32,000 nucleotides of DNA from Delftia acidovorans NBRC 14950 (GTDB taxonomy: Bacteria > Pseudomonadota > Gammaproteobacteria > Burkholderiales > Burkholderiaceae_C): contig NZ_BCZP01000004.1 of NCBI RefSeq assembly GCF_001598795.1, positions 210,001 through 242,000 on the forward strand, written 5' to 3'. Made by a program: the position numbers and the translations under genes. Position 1 is the stretch's first letter, and the number at the start of each line of letters is the position of its first letter. Below are positions 1 to 7,806 of the stretch, in pieces. A model generated the notes under the pieces. It saw nothing but the letters and a program-made list of their open reading frames with translations, was not told the origin of the DNA and did no database searches.

Positions 1-1
1 C

Positions 2-1168
2 GTACTGGATCTTTCACGCGTGCTGGCCGGCCCCATGTGCGCCATGGCGCTGGCCGACCTGGGCGCCGATGTCGTCAAGGTCGAGCACCCGGGCCGTGGC
101 GACGACACGCGCGACTGGGGCGTGCGCGTGGGCCAGCGCAACACCTCCTACTTCAACAGCGCCAACCGCAACAAGCGCTCGGTCACGCTGGACCTGCAGG
201 CCGAAGAGGGCCTGCGCATCGCACGCGAGCTGGCGGCCGACAGCGACGTGGTCATCCAAAACTTCAAGGTCGGCGGCGCCGAGAAGCTGGGGCTGGGCTA
301 CGAGCAGCTGTCGGCACTGAACCCGCGCCTGGTGTACTGCTCCATCTCGGGCTACTCGCGCAGCGGCCCCGAGGCCACGCGGCCCGGCTACGACCTGGTG
401 GTGCAGGGCGAGTCCGGCATCATGGCCATGAACGGCGAGCAGGGCCAGGGCCCGCTGAAGTTCGGCGTGGCCGCCGTGGACATGTTCACGGGCATGTACT
501 CGGCCCAGGCCATCCTGGCCGCGCTCTACGAGCGCGAGCGCAGCGGGCGCGGCCGCCATGTGCAGATGGCCCTGTACGACTGCGGCCTGATGATCACCAG
601 CTACTACGGCATGGAGGCCTTGCTCAAGGCCGGCGACCCGCCCAAGTTCGGCAACGCCCATCCGTCCATCGTGCCCTACGGCGTGTTCGAGGCGGCCGAC
701 GGCCCGCTGGTCATCACCGTGGGCAACAACGGCCAGTTCCAGCGCTTTTGCACCGACGTCATCGCCAAGCCCGAGTGGGCCGCCGACGAACGCTTTGCCA
801 CCAATACCGCACGCTCGGCAAACCGCGATCTGCTGATGCCGCTGGTGCAGGCCGAGCTGCTGCGCTTCACGCGCGCCCAACTGCTCGAATGCCTGACGGC
901 CGCGCAGATTCCCTGCGGCGAGGTGCTGGGCCTGTTCGAGGCCCTGAACTCGCAGCGCACGGCCGACGCCGGCCTGCTGCACCGCTTCGAGGACAGCGAG
1001 GCCGGCAGCCAGTCCGTGCTGGCCCCGCCCTATGCGCTGGACGGCCAGCGCCTGCCCGTGCGCCGCCCGCCGCCGCACCAGGGCGAACACACCGACGAGG
1101 TGCTGCAGCAGCGCCTGGGCCTGGACGAACAGGCCCGCGCCGCACTGCGCGCCAAAAACATCATCTGA
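2..1168 (+). CDS. Family III CoA transferase (CaiB/BaiF type), 5' end cut by window edge
   Basis: The frame is open from nt 2. The translation starts VLDLSRVLAGPMCAMALADLGADVVKVEHPGRGDDTRDWG, the conserved N-terminal motif of family III CoA transferases, so the true start is upstream of the window. GC3-rich codons throughout; stop TGA at 1166-1168. Confidence 0.85.
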   Translation, partial: VLDLSRVLAGPMCAMALADLGADVVKVEHPGRGDDTRDWGVRVGQRNTSYFNSANRNKRSVTLDLQAEEGLRIARELAADSDVVIQNFKVGGAEKLGLGYEQLSALNPRLVYCSISGYSRSGPEATRPGYDLVVQGESGIMAMNGEQGQGPLKFGVAAVDMFTGMYSAQAILAALYERERSGRGRHVQMALYDCGLMITSYYGMEALLKAGDPPKFGNAHPSIVPYGVFEAADGPLVITVGNNGQFQRFCTDVIAKPEWAADERFATNTARSANRDLLMPLVQAELLRFTRAQLLECLTAAQIPCGEVLGLFEALNSQRTADAGLLHRFEDSEAGSQSVLAPPYALDGQRLPVRRPPPHQGEHTDEVLQQRLGLDEQARAALRAKNII

Positions 1169-1239
1169 GAGCGCGCAGACGTTCCCACCCAGACCGCTCC
1201 ACGGCTCTCATTTCCACCCCTTCCCGCTTGAGGAGACAT

Positions 1240-2241
1240 ATGACTTCCACCCCCTTCCAGGCCTCGCGCCGCCAGATCCTTTCCGCCGCCTGCGCCACCG
1301 CCATCGCCACGCTGGCCCCCGCCGCCCGGGCCCAGAGCCAGTGGCCCGACAAGCTGATCAAGCTGACCGTGGCCTTCCCGCCCGGCGGCCCCACCGACAC
1401 GGCCGCGCGCATCGTCGCCCAGCGCCTGACCGAGCGCCTGGGCCAGACCATCGTCATCGACAACCGCCCCGGCGCCTCGGGCTCGGTGGGCACGGCGGCC
1501 TTCATCAAGTCGCAGCCCGACGGCTACTCGCTGTCCATGTTCGGCATGCCCGCGCTGCTGGCGCCCATGCTGTTCAACAACAACCTGTACGACGTGCGCA
1601 AGGACTTCCTGCCCGTGGCCACGGTCTATGACCTGCCCATGGCCATCGTCATCAACCCGCGCGAGCTGCCGGACGTGACCAACCTGCAGCAGCTGATCGA
1701 GCACGCCAAGAAGGCCAAGCCGGCGCTGAACTACACCAGCTCGGGCACGGGCAGCTTCGGCCACCTGTCCATGGAGCAGCTCAAGGACCTGGGCGGCTTC
1801 GACATGCAGCACGTGCCGTACCGCGGCAGCGCGCCGGCCGTGACCGACCTGATCGGCGGCCAGATCGCCGTGATGTTCGCCGACGTGGTCGCGGCCCTGC
1901 CCCACATCCAGGCGGGCAAGCTGCGCGCCATTGCCGTCAGCTCGCAAAAGGCCAAGCAGCTGCTGCCGAACGTGAAGTCGGTGGCCGAGCAGGGCTTCCC
2001 CGGCTTCGACGCCGACACCTGGGGCGGCCTGATCGCCCCGCTGAACACGCCTCCCGCCGTGGTCCAGCGCCTGAACCAGGAGCTCAAGCTCATCCTGGCC
2101 GAGCCCGAGCTGCAAAAGAAGATGCTGGCCGCAGGCGCCATCGCCACCTACCAGGACGGCGCGGCCATGAAGGCACGCCTGAACGCCGACTTCACGCGCT
2201 GGAGCAAGATCGCCAAGGACAAGAACATCTCTTCGCAGTAA
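1240..2241 (+). CDS. Bug/TctC-family periplasmic solute-binding protein (tripartite tricarboxylate transporter receptor)
   Basis: ATG at 1240 is preceded by AGGAGA (1231-1236). The N-terminus MTSTPFQASRRQILSAACATAIATLAPAARAQ is a twin-arginine-like signal peptide. The mature part (KLTVAFPPGGPTDTAARIVAQRL, IDNRPGASG) is typical of the Bug family. The 734-aa track ORF 37..2241 is same-frame read-through across the upstream gene. Confidence 0.85.
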   Translation: MTSTPFQASRRQILSAACATAIATLAPAARAQSQWPDKLIKLTVAFPPGGPTDTAARIVAQRLTERLGQTIVIDNRPGASGSVGTAAFIKSQPDGYSLSMFGMPALLAPMLFNNNLYDVRKDFLPVATVYDLPMAIVINPRELPDVTNLQQLIEHAKKAKPALNYTSSGTGSFGHLSMEQLKDLGGFDMQHVPYRGSAPAVTDLIGGQIAVMFADVVAALPHIQAGKLRAIAVSSQKAKQLLPNVKSVAEQGFPGFDADTWGGLIAPLNTPPAVVQRLNQELKLILAEPELQKKMLAAGAIATYQDGAAMKARLNADFTRWSKIAKDKNISSQ

Positions 2242-2271
2242 AGAACACAGAGCGCCCCACGATGCGCCTTC

Positions 2272-2300
2272 AGGGCATGCCGCAAGGCATGCCCTTTTTT
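2272..2300 (+). terminator. Rho-independent terminator of the Bug gene
   Basis: Stem-loop GGGCATGCC-GCAA-GGCATGCCC (2273-2294) followed by TTTTTT (2295-2300), about 30 nt after the stop codon. Confidence 0.8.
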
Positions 2301-2329
2301 GCGTCCGCAAATGCTGGGCGCCTGTTGTT

Positions 2330-2620
2330 CACTCCCGTATGGCCGCGCCTGCGGCGTGGTGGTTGCGGGGTTGCAGTCCTGCCGAAGGACAGGACTGCTT
2401 CGTCAACTGACTCGCTGCGGTTGTCTGAGCGGAGTTCACGCAGTGAACGCAGCGAGTTCCGCAGCGAACCCCGCAACCGCCACGACGCAGGTTGCCCGCA
2501 GCGAAGCGGAGGGTCGCGGACGTCCGGGTCGCCTTCTTTGACCTGACCTTTCTTGGCGAAACAAGAAAGGGCAGTCGGCTGCCGGGCCGAAACCCGGCCT
2601 CGAAAAACAACCACCCGGCA
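2330..2620. repeat. Highly structured REP-like intergenic element (nested inverted repeats)
   Basis: A 22-nt inverted repeat, 2351-2372 with 2467-2488 (20/22 complementary), encloses three inner hairpins: 2373-2381/2390-2398, 2410-2419/2448-2457 and 2434-2439/2443-2448. Further hairpins lie at 2546-2570 (CCTTTCTTG-GCGAAA-CAAGAAAGG) and 2580-2597 (GCCGGG-CCGAAA-CCCGGC). There is a 10-bp palindrome CGGACGTCCG at 2517-2526. The pseudo-translation (minus strand ...KEGDPDVRDPPLRCGQPA...) resembles a repeat family I recall being spuriously annotated as hypothetical proteins in Burkholderiales genomes. Only one copy is present in this window. Confidence 0.5.
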
Positions 2621-2626
2621 GGGTCA

Positions 2627-2656
2627 GAAAAAGCGACTCAAGCCACCGTCTGGCTT
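2627..2656 (-). terminator. Weak candidate terminator downstream of the M20 peptidase gene
   Basis: On the minus strand, AAGCCA-GACGG-TGGCTT (6-bp stem) is followed after 7 nt by CTTTTTC. The stem is short and the T-run displaced, so support is low. Confidence 0.3.
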
Positions 2657-2692
2657 TGGCTTAACGCAGGAGTGCAGCCTGATAGCCGACCC

Positions 2693-3982
2693 TTACTTGG
2701 AAAGGTCCATGATCATGCGCGTGGCCAGGTACAGGCGCGGCACGATGGTGTTCAGCTGCACATACTCCGCATCATTGGAGTGCGCACCGTAGCCGCTCAG
2801 GCCAAAGCCCTCGATGACCGCACCCTTGGCCTTGAGCGCCGCAAACGCCGCGTCGGTGCCGCCGCCCGTGGCCTTTTCCATCACGCTCATCTTCAGGCCC
2901 AGCTCATCGCTGTAGATGGTCTGCGCCTGTTTGGCCAGGCTGCGCGAGGCCTCGTTGGCCTCCAGCGGCGGGCGGCGCACCTCGAACTTGAGCTGCACCT
3001 TGCTGGCGTCCAGCAGCTTGTGGCCCACCTTGGCCTGCATGGCCTGCTCCAGCGCCGTGAAGTCGGCCACGCGCAGCGCGCGGGCATCGGCCTGGGCCGT
3101 GGCCTCGGCGGGAATGACGTTGCGGTTGGTGCCGGCCTTGGCCACGGTCCAGTTGAGCTTGAGGCCGGTCTCGGGCTTGGACAGGTCCTTCATCTGCAGC
3201 AGCTGGTGCGACAGCTCGTACAGCGCGTTGACACCGTCCTCGGGCTTGGCGCCCGCGTGCGAGGCCTTGCCCTCGACCTTGAGGTAGGCCGCTCCGATAC
3301 CGCTGGTGGCCAGGCGCACGCCGCCGTCGGTGCCGCCGCCTTCGAACGAGAAGACCGCATCCTGCTCGGCGCCCATGCGCGTGATGGTGCTGCGCGCGCC
3401 GGGCGAGCTGATTTCCTCGTCGCTGTTCATCAGCACGGTCAGCGTGCCGTAGTTGTCGAAGCCCAGCTGGCGCAGCATGGCCACGGTGTGCAGGATCAGG
3501 GCCACGCCCTGCTTGTCGTCGGCAATACCCAGGCCGTAGGCGCGCTCGCCGTCGATGCGAAACGGCTGGTCCTTGAGCATGCCGCGCAGGTAGACCGTGT
3601 CCATGTGGGCGATCAGCATGATGCGGCTGGTGCCCTTGCCCTTGAACTCGGCATGCACCATGGGACCGATCTTCTCGGGCGTGTCACCCAGCCGGTAGAC
3701 GTCGGTGGGCTGCAGGATCTCGACCTTGCCGCCCTGCTCGCGCAGCTTGCCGGCCACGTAGTTGGCGATCTGCTCCACGCCCTCCATGTCCTTGCTGCCC
3801 GACTCGATGTGCACCAGGTCGCGCAGCGTGTCCAGCAAGGGCTGCTGGTGCTTTTGCGCCAGCGCCTGGATATCGGCCTTGGGCGCAGCCAGGGCACTGC
3901 CGGACAGGCCGGCCATGGCAAGGGCCAGCGCCAGCGGGGCGCTGCGGAACATGAGGGAAAGCGGTGCGAAGGCGGAACGCAT
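2693..3982 (-). CDS. M20-family zinc peptidase, glutamate carboxypeptidase (carboxypeptidase G2-like), secreted
   Basis: ATG at 3982 is preceded by AGGAGA 6-7 nt upstream. Signal peptide MRSAFAPLSLMFRSAPLALALAMAGLSGSALAAP. Motifs HMDTVY, GIADDKQG and NSDEEISSPG are typical of di-zinc M20 peptidases of CPG2 type. The track ORF start at 4045 adds 21 residues with no signal-peptide logic. Confidence 0.85.
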   Translation of the reverse strand: MRSAFAPLSLMFRSAPLALALAMAGLSGSALAAPKADIQALAQKHQQPLLDTLRDLVHIESGSKDMEGVEQIANYVAGKLREQGGKVEILQPTDVYRLGDTPEKIGPMVHAEFKGKGTSRIMLIAHMDTVYLRGMLKDQPFRIDGERAYGLGIADDKQGVALILHTVAMLRQLGFDNYGTLTVLMNSDEEISSPGARSTITRMGAEQDAVFSFEGGGTDGGVRLATSGIGAAYLKVEGKASHAGAKPEDGVNALYELSHQLLQMKDLSKPETGLKLNWTVAKAGTNRNVIPAEATAQADARALRVADFTALEQAMQAKVGHKLLDASKVQLKFEVRRPPLEANEASRSLAKQAQTIYSDELGLKMSVMEKATGGGTDAAFAALKAKGAVIEGFGLSGYGAHSNDAEYVQLNTIVPRLYLATRMIMDLSK

Positions 3983-4080
3983 GGACAGGTCTCCTGTGTT
4001 GAAAAAGTTGTGCCTGCACGATAGCAGGCGCCGCGCAGGGCGCACGCAATTGCCGTGCCTGTTTTGTCCATCTCACCGCC

Positions 4081-4119
4081 CAAAGCAAAGGCCCCGCAAG
4101 CCTTGGCTTGCGGGGCCTT
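4081..4119 (-). terminator. Rho-independent terminator of the MFS transporter gene
   Basis: 13-bp stem AAGGCCCCGCAAG (4088-4100) / CTTGCGGGGCCTT (4107-4119). On the minus strand it is followed by TTTGCTTTG (4081-4089). It lies 21 nt after the MFS stop codon. Confidence 0.7.
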
Positions 4120-4139
4120 GTGGGGAGCGAGACCCGGGA

Positions 4140-5423
4140 TCAGCCCGCGCTCAGCGCCATGCCACCCTTCTTGCTCACGCCATCGCCCACGACCACGGCC
4201 GACACCACGCTCAGCACCAGGGCAATGGCCGATCCGTAGAACACGCCGTGGCTCATGCCATGGTCCAGCATGTAGCCGAACACCGGCGCGGCCAGGCAAA
4301 AGCCCAGGTCCAGGCCCGAATACACCGTGCCGTAGACGCGGCCGGTGGCGCCGGGCGGGGCGGCGCGCTTGATCAGCATGTCGCGCGAGGGACCGGCCAG
4401 GCCCGTGCCCAGGCCCGCGATGGAGGCCACGGCCACAGCCGCCATGGCCGGCAGCCAGCCCGTGCCGACCAGGAACAGCGCAACGCCCGAGCCCAGCATG
4501 CAGATGGAGATCACCTTCTCCAGCCGCTGCACGCGGCCCACGAGGAAGCCGCCGGCCAGCATGCCTGCCGCGCCGCACAGCATGTAGCCCGTGACGATGA
4601 GCGCCGTCACGCTCAGCGGCAGTCCGTACATGGACTGCATGGCGGGGCTGGCAAAGCTCTGGATGGCGCTGAGCGCGCAGGTGCTCCAGAAGAAGAACGA
4701 GAAGCACAGCCAGACCGAGGGCAGCTTCAGGAAAGCCATGGGATGCTCCTGCGGCACGGCGGCCGCAGCGGCGCGCGCCGCGGGGGCCTGGGCATCGGCC
4801 GCACGGTCGTCCAGCGCCTCGCGGTTGAGCACCATGATGGTGAGGATGACGGCGGCCAGGGCCGCGCCGCACAGGCAGGCCAGGCGCCACGAGCCCGTGG
4901 CCGTGGTGATGCCCGCCATGAACAGCGGCGCCAGCGCCCAGCCGATATTGCCCGACAGGCCGTGCACCGAGAACGCATGGCCGATGCGCTTGGCCGACAC
5001 GCGCTTGTTGAGGATGGTGAAGTCCACCGGGTGGAAGGGCGCATTGCCCAGGCCCGCGAAGAAGGCCGCCAGCATCAGCATTCCATAGCCCTGTGCCAGG
5101 CTGGCGACCACGCCCGCCACGGTGAAGCTGCCCAGCGCCGCAAACAGAATGGGGCGCGCGCCGAAGCGGTCCACGGCAAAGCCGGCCATGGCCTGTCCCA
5201 CGCCGGAGACCACGAAGAACAGCGACACCATCACGCTGAGTTCGGCATAGCTGTAGCCGAACTCGGCGATCAGCCACGGGAACAGCGGCGGCAGCAGCAG
5301 GTGGAAGAAATGCGAGGAACCATGCGCCAGGCCGATCAGGCCGATGGTGCGCACATCGCTGCGCAGCGGGTCCGGAGCCACGGCGTCCGGCATGGAAGAA
5401 GAAGAGGCGGTCATGGGCCGCAT
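4140..5423 (-). CDS. MFS transporter
   Basis: Hydrophobic multi-TM protein (IGLIGLAHGSSHFFHLLLPPLFPWLIAEFGYSYAELS..., about 12 predicted helices, typical MFS loop motifs). ATG at 5423 (MRPMTASSS); an alternative ATG is at 5414. The Arg/Gly-rich 88 residues upstream in the track ORF look non-coding. Confidence 0.85.
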   Translation of the reverse strand: MRPMTASSSSMPDAVAPDPLRSDVRTIGLIGLAHGSSHFFHLLLPPLFPWLIAEFGYSYAELSVMVSLFFVVSGVGQAMAGFAVDRFGARPILFAALGSFTVAGVVASLAQGYGMLMLAAFFAGLGNAPFHPVDFTILNKRVSAKRIGHAFSVHGLSGNIGWALAPLFMAGITTATGSWRLACLCGAALAAVILTIMVLNREALDDRAADAQAPAARAAAAAVPQEHPMAFLKLPSVWLCFSFFFWSTCALSAIQSFASPAMQSMYGLPLSVTALIVTGYMLCGAAGMLAGGFLVGRVQRLEKVISICMLGSGVALFLVGTGWLPAMAAVAVASIAGLGTGLAGPSRDMLIKRAAPPGATGRVYGTVYSGLDLGFCLAAPVFGYMLDHGMSHGVFYGSAIALVLSVVSAVVVGDGVSKKGGMALSAG

Positions 5424-5599
5424 CTTAGGCAGCAGCGTTTCGTCTTGTATGCGATAGTCTGCCAACTTCTGTCGCAAACATGCCAAAGCCTGTCTCCACG
5501 CCCGGCACCCCTGCCCACACCCTTGCCGACACTTGTGCCGACATCCTGCCCAGCGCCTGCCCCGCAGCCGCACTGCGGTCGGTGCGCAGGGCCCGGCCG

Positions 5600-6502
5600 A
5601 TGGAGCCGGTCGAGGCCCTGCATCCGCACCTGTTCGTGCCCACGCCCCAGCGCCCCGTGCGCGCCAAGCAGCACCGCCTGTCGGCACGCACGCGCGTCAT
5701 ACCGCACAGCCACAGCTGGGCACAGATCGCCATCTCGCTGGACGGCGTGCTGCACCTGTCGGCCCCCCAGGGCACGCTGATCGCCCCACCCTCCAAGGCC
5801 GTGTGGATTCCGCCCGGCCTGGTCCACGCCGTGGCCATGGTCGAGGAAGCCGATCTCGTCTCCATCTACGTGCTGCAGGACGATCCGGCCCAGGGTCCCG
5901 TACTGCCGGACCTCCCGCCCTGCGGCGTGGCCTGCAACCCGCAGGACTGGGCACGCTGCCGCGTGCTGGAGGTTTCGCCGCTGATGCGCGAGCTGATCAC
6001 GGCCCTGCCCAAGCAAAGCGATGACCAGCCCGCACCCGACGCCGCCACGCTGCAGCGCGAGCACCACCTCAGCGCCCTGCTGCTGGAAGAACTGCGCCGG
6101 GCCAGCGAAGTCCACCTTGGCGTGAACATGCCCCAGGACAAACGCCTGCGCATGCTCTGCGAGGCCGTGGTGGCCGACCCCACCCAGCACGAGAGCCTGG
6201 CCGACTGGGCAGCCGACACCGGCGCCAGCCCGCGCACCGTGGCCCGGCTGTTCCAGCAGCAGTTGGGCTGCAGCTTCACCACCTGGCGCCAGCAAGTCGT
6301 GCTGGCCCACGGCCTGAGCCTGGCCGCGCGCGGCCTGCCCATACAGCAGATCGCGGCCGAGCTGGGCTACAGCCCCAGCGCCTTCAGCGCCATGGTGCAC
6401 CGCACGGTGGGCATGCCTCCGGCACGGTTCTTCGGGCAGCAGGCCGGCTCCGCTGCCCACAGGGTCGGAACAGGCGCTGTATCGCGGCCGATCAGGGAAT
6501 GA
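5600..6502 (+). CDS. AraC-family transcriptional regulator (N-terminal cupin, C-terminal HTH), divergent from the MFS gene
   Basis: C-terminus LADWAADTGASPRTVARLFQQQLGCSFTTWRQQVVLAHGLSLAARGLPIQQIAAELGYSPSAFSAMVHRTVGMPPARFF is an AraC double HTH. The N-terminal HSHSWAQIAISLDGVLHL...WIPPGLVHAV is cupin-like. I chose ATG 5600 because codons between 5480 and 5599 are poor in GC3 (cca, cct, ctt, act, tgt, agg). ATG 5480 remains possible. Confidence 0.8.
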   Translation: MEPVEALHPHLFVPTPQRPVRAKQHRLSARTRVIPHSHSWAQIAISLDGVLHLSAPQGTLIAPPSKAVWIPPGLVHAVAMVEEADLVSIYVLQDDPAQGPVLPDLPPCGVACNPQDWARCRVLEVSPLMRELITALPKQSDDQPAPDAATLQREHHLSALLLEELRRASEVHLGVNMPQDKRLRMLCEAVVADPTQHESLADWAADTGASPRTVARLFQQQLGCSFTTWRQQVVLAHGLSLAARGLPIQQIAAELGYSPSAFSAMVHRTVGMPPARFFGQQAGSAAHRVGTGAVSRPIRE

Positions 6503-6600
6503 CGGGGAGCCATCGCCTCTTCGCGATAGCTGATCCGATATAGGGTTTGCCGATGGGCAGGCCATGGAATGCGGCGGCGCCCTGCGTGCTCTTATGCCGC

Positions 6601-7176
6601 ATGATCTCCACCGCCGAGTCGCGCTACAACCAGTGGGTGCGCGAGCACTACCGATTCCTGCTGCGCAGCGCCTGGGCGCTGACCGGCTCGCGCGCGCTGG
6701 CCGAGGACGTGGTGCAGGACTGCTTCACCAGCGCCTGGCGCTTTCGCCACCAGCTGCGCGAGGCCGCAATGGCGCGGGCCTGGCTGTTCCAGATCATGCG
6801 CCGCCATGCCTTCCGGCACCTTGCGCCATCGGCCCATCTGGTCAGCGATGACGAGGCGCTGGACCAGCACCCCGCCCCCACCCCCTCGCCTTCGGCGCTG
6901 GACGACCGGCTCGACGTGGTCAAGGCGCTGTCGCGCATCGCGCCCATCCACCGCGAGGTGCTGGTGCTCTATTACTTCGACGACATGCCCACGGCCCAGA
7001 TGGCCGAGGCCCTGGACATTGCGCCGGGCACGGTGCTGTCGCGCCTGTCACGCGCCCGCGATGCGCTGAAGGCGGCGCTGGAGCAGGCGGCCCCGGCGCC
7101 TGCTCCAGAGACTGCCAGCGTGATCCCGCTGCGCCCCACCCCGCTGCGCGCCACACGATACCAAGGCTTGAAATGA
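6601..7176 (+). CDS. ECF-type RNA polymerase sigma-70 family factor
   Basis: Region 2 (YRFLLRSAWALTGSRALAEDVVQDCFTSAWRFRHQL...ARAWLFQIMRRHAF) and region 4 (IHREVLVLYYFDDMPTAQMAEALDIAPGTVLSRLSRARDALKAAL). ATG 6601 is preferred because the 6547/6553 extensions use rare codons (agg, cca, aat, tta). The stop overlaps the next gene's start (ATGA at 7173-7176). Confidence 0.85.
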   Translation: MISTAESRYNQWVREHYRFLLRSAWALTGSRALAEDVVQDCFTSAWRFRHQLREAAMARAWLFQIMRRHAFRHLAPSAHLVSDDEALDQHPAPTPSPSALDDRLDVVKALSRIAPIHREVLVLYYFDDMPTAQMAEALDIAPGTVLSRLSRARDALKAALEQAAPAPAPETASVIPLRPTPLRATRYQGLK

Positions 7177-7760
7177 CTGCCCCGGACACAACCGACGAAT
7201 CGGCCTTCGACCTGCGCGCACGCGCCGAACTGGCCCTGGCCTTCGACCCCGGGCCGCACGGCGAGCCGCCCGCCCATCTGCTGCGCCACACGCCCTGGCA
7301 TGCGCGCAGCGGCGTGCGCCGGCTGATCGCCGCGCTGCTGGTGGGCAGCTCGGCCGCCACCGCCGTGTTTGCCATGCGCCCGCCTGAACTGGTGCGCGCC
7401 GCCATCGAGCACGAGTACTACGAGCGCACGCTGCGCGGCAGCTTCATGCCCGAGGCCGAGGTCGCGCGCCGCATGGACCTGCCGGCCGGCGAGAAGCTGC
7501 CCGGCTACACCCAGCTGATGCGGCCCTGCGACATCGACGGCACGCGCGCCTACCACCTGACCACCTTCTTCGAGAAGGGCGGCATCGTCACCGTGCTGGC
7601 CTTCGACCAGCCCCAGCGCCTGGCCGACGGCCAGGGCTGGTGGGCCAACATGCACTGGCAGGTCGTTCGCTCACGCGAAGGCCGGCCGCTGGTGCTCGTG
7701 GCCCAGAAGAAACAGGCCCTGGCCGTGGCCAGCAAGGCCCTGGGCACCCCTGCCCCATGA
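7173..7760 (+). CDS. Putative single-pass membrane anti-sigma factor (no zinc-binding HxxxCxxC motif; DUF3379-like periplasmic domain)
   Basis: Translationally coupled to the ECF sigma gene by a 4-nt ATGA overlap. It has a short cytoplasmic N-terminus, one TM helix (RRLIAALLVGSSAATAVFAM) and a periplasmic C-terminal domain of about 120 aa. Function is assigned from position and architecture, not from a recognised catalytic motif. Confidence 0.6.
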   Translation: MTAPDTTDESAFDLRARAELALAFDPGPHGEPPAHLLRHTPWHARSGVRRLIAALLVGSSAATAVFAMRPPELVRAAIEHEYYERTLRGSFMPEAEVARRMDLPAGEKLPGYTQLMRPCDIDGTRAYHLTTFFEKGGIVTVLAFDQPQRLADGQGWWANMHWQVVRSREGRPLVLVAQKKQALAVASKALGTPAP

Positions 7761-7806
7761 GACGCCGCATGACACGCCCCCTGACAACCACCACGAGGAG
7801 ACAACC

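Noticed and set aside
14-1090. 358-aa minus-strand ORF antisense to the CoA-transferase gene. The same applies to similar long shadow ORFs: 2492..4024 +, 3613..5277 -, 3762..5780 +, 5411..6565 -, 9674..11488 +, 11693..12904 +, 14384..15400 +, 15431..16717 +, 19023..20255 +, 20965..23082 -, 27545..28513 -, 28485..29804 -, 30714..31925 -.
   Set aside because: All are Ala/Arg/Gly/Pro/His-rich low-complexity translations with no recognisable motifs. Each lies exactly opposite or out of frame to an ORF with clear family signatures and GC3-biased codon usage. This is the typical stop-codon-poor shadow frame of high-GC DNA.
6560-6600. ECF-type promoter candidate GGAAT-N17-GCTCT just upstream of the sigma factor gene.
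   Set aside because: The match to GGAAC-N16/17-CGTC-type motifs is weak. The putative -10 would lie about 10 nt from the preferred ATG (6601), leaving no room for a leader or RBS. The sequence alone does not support it.
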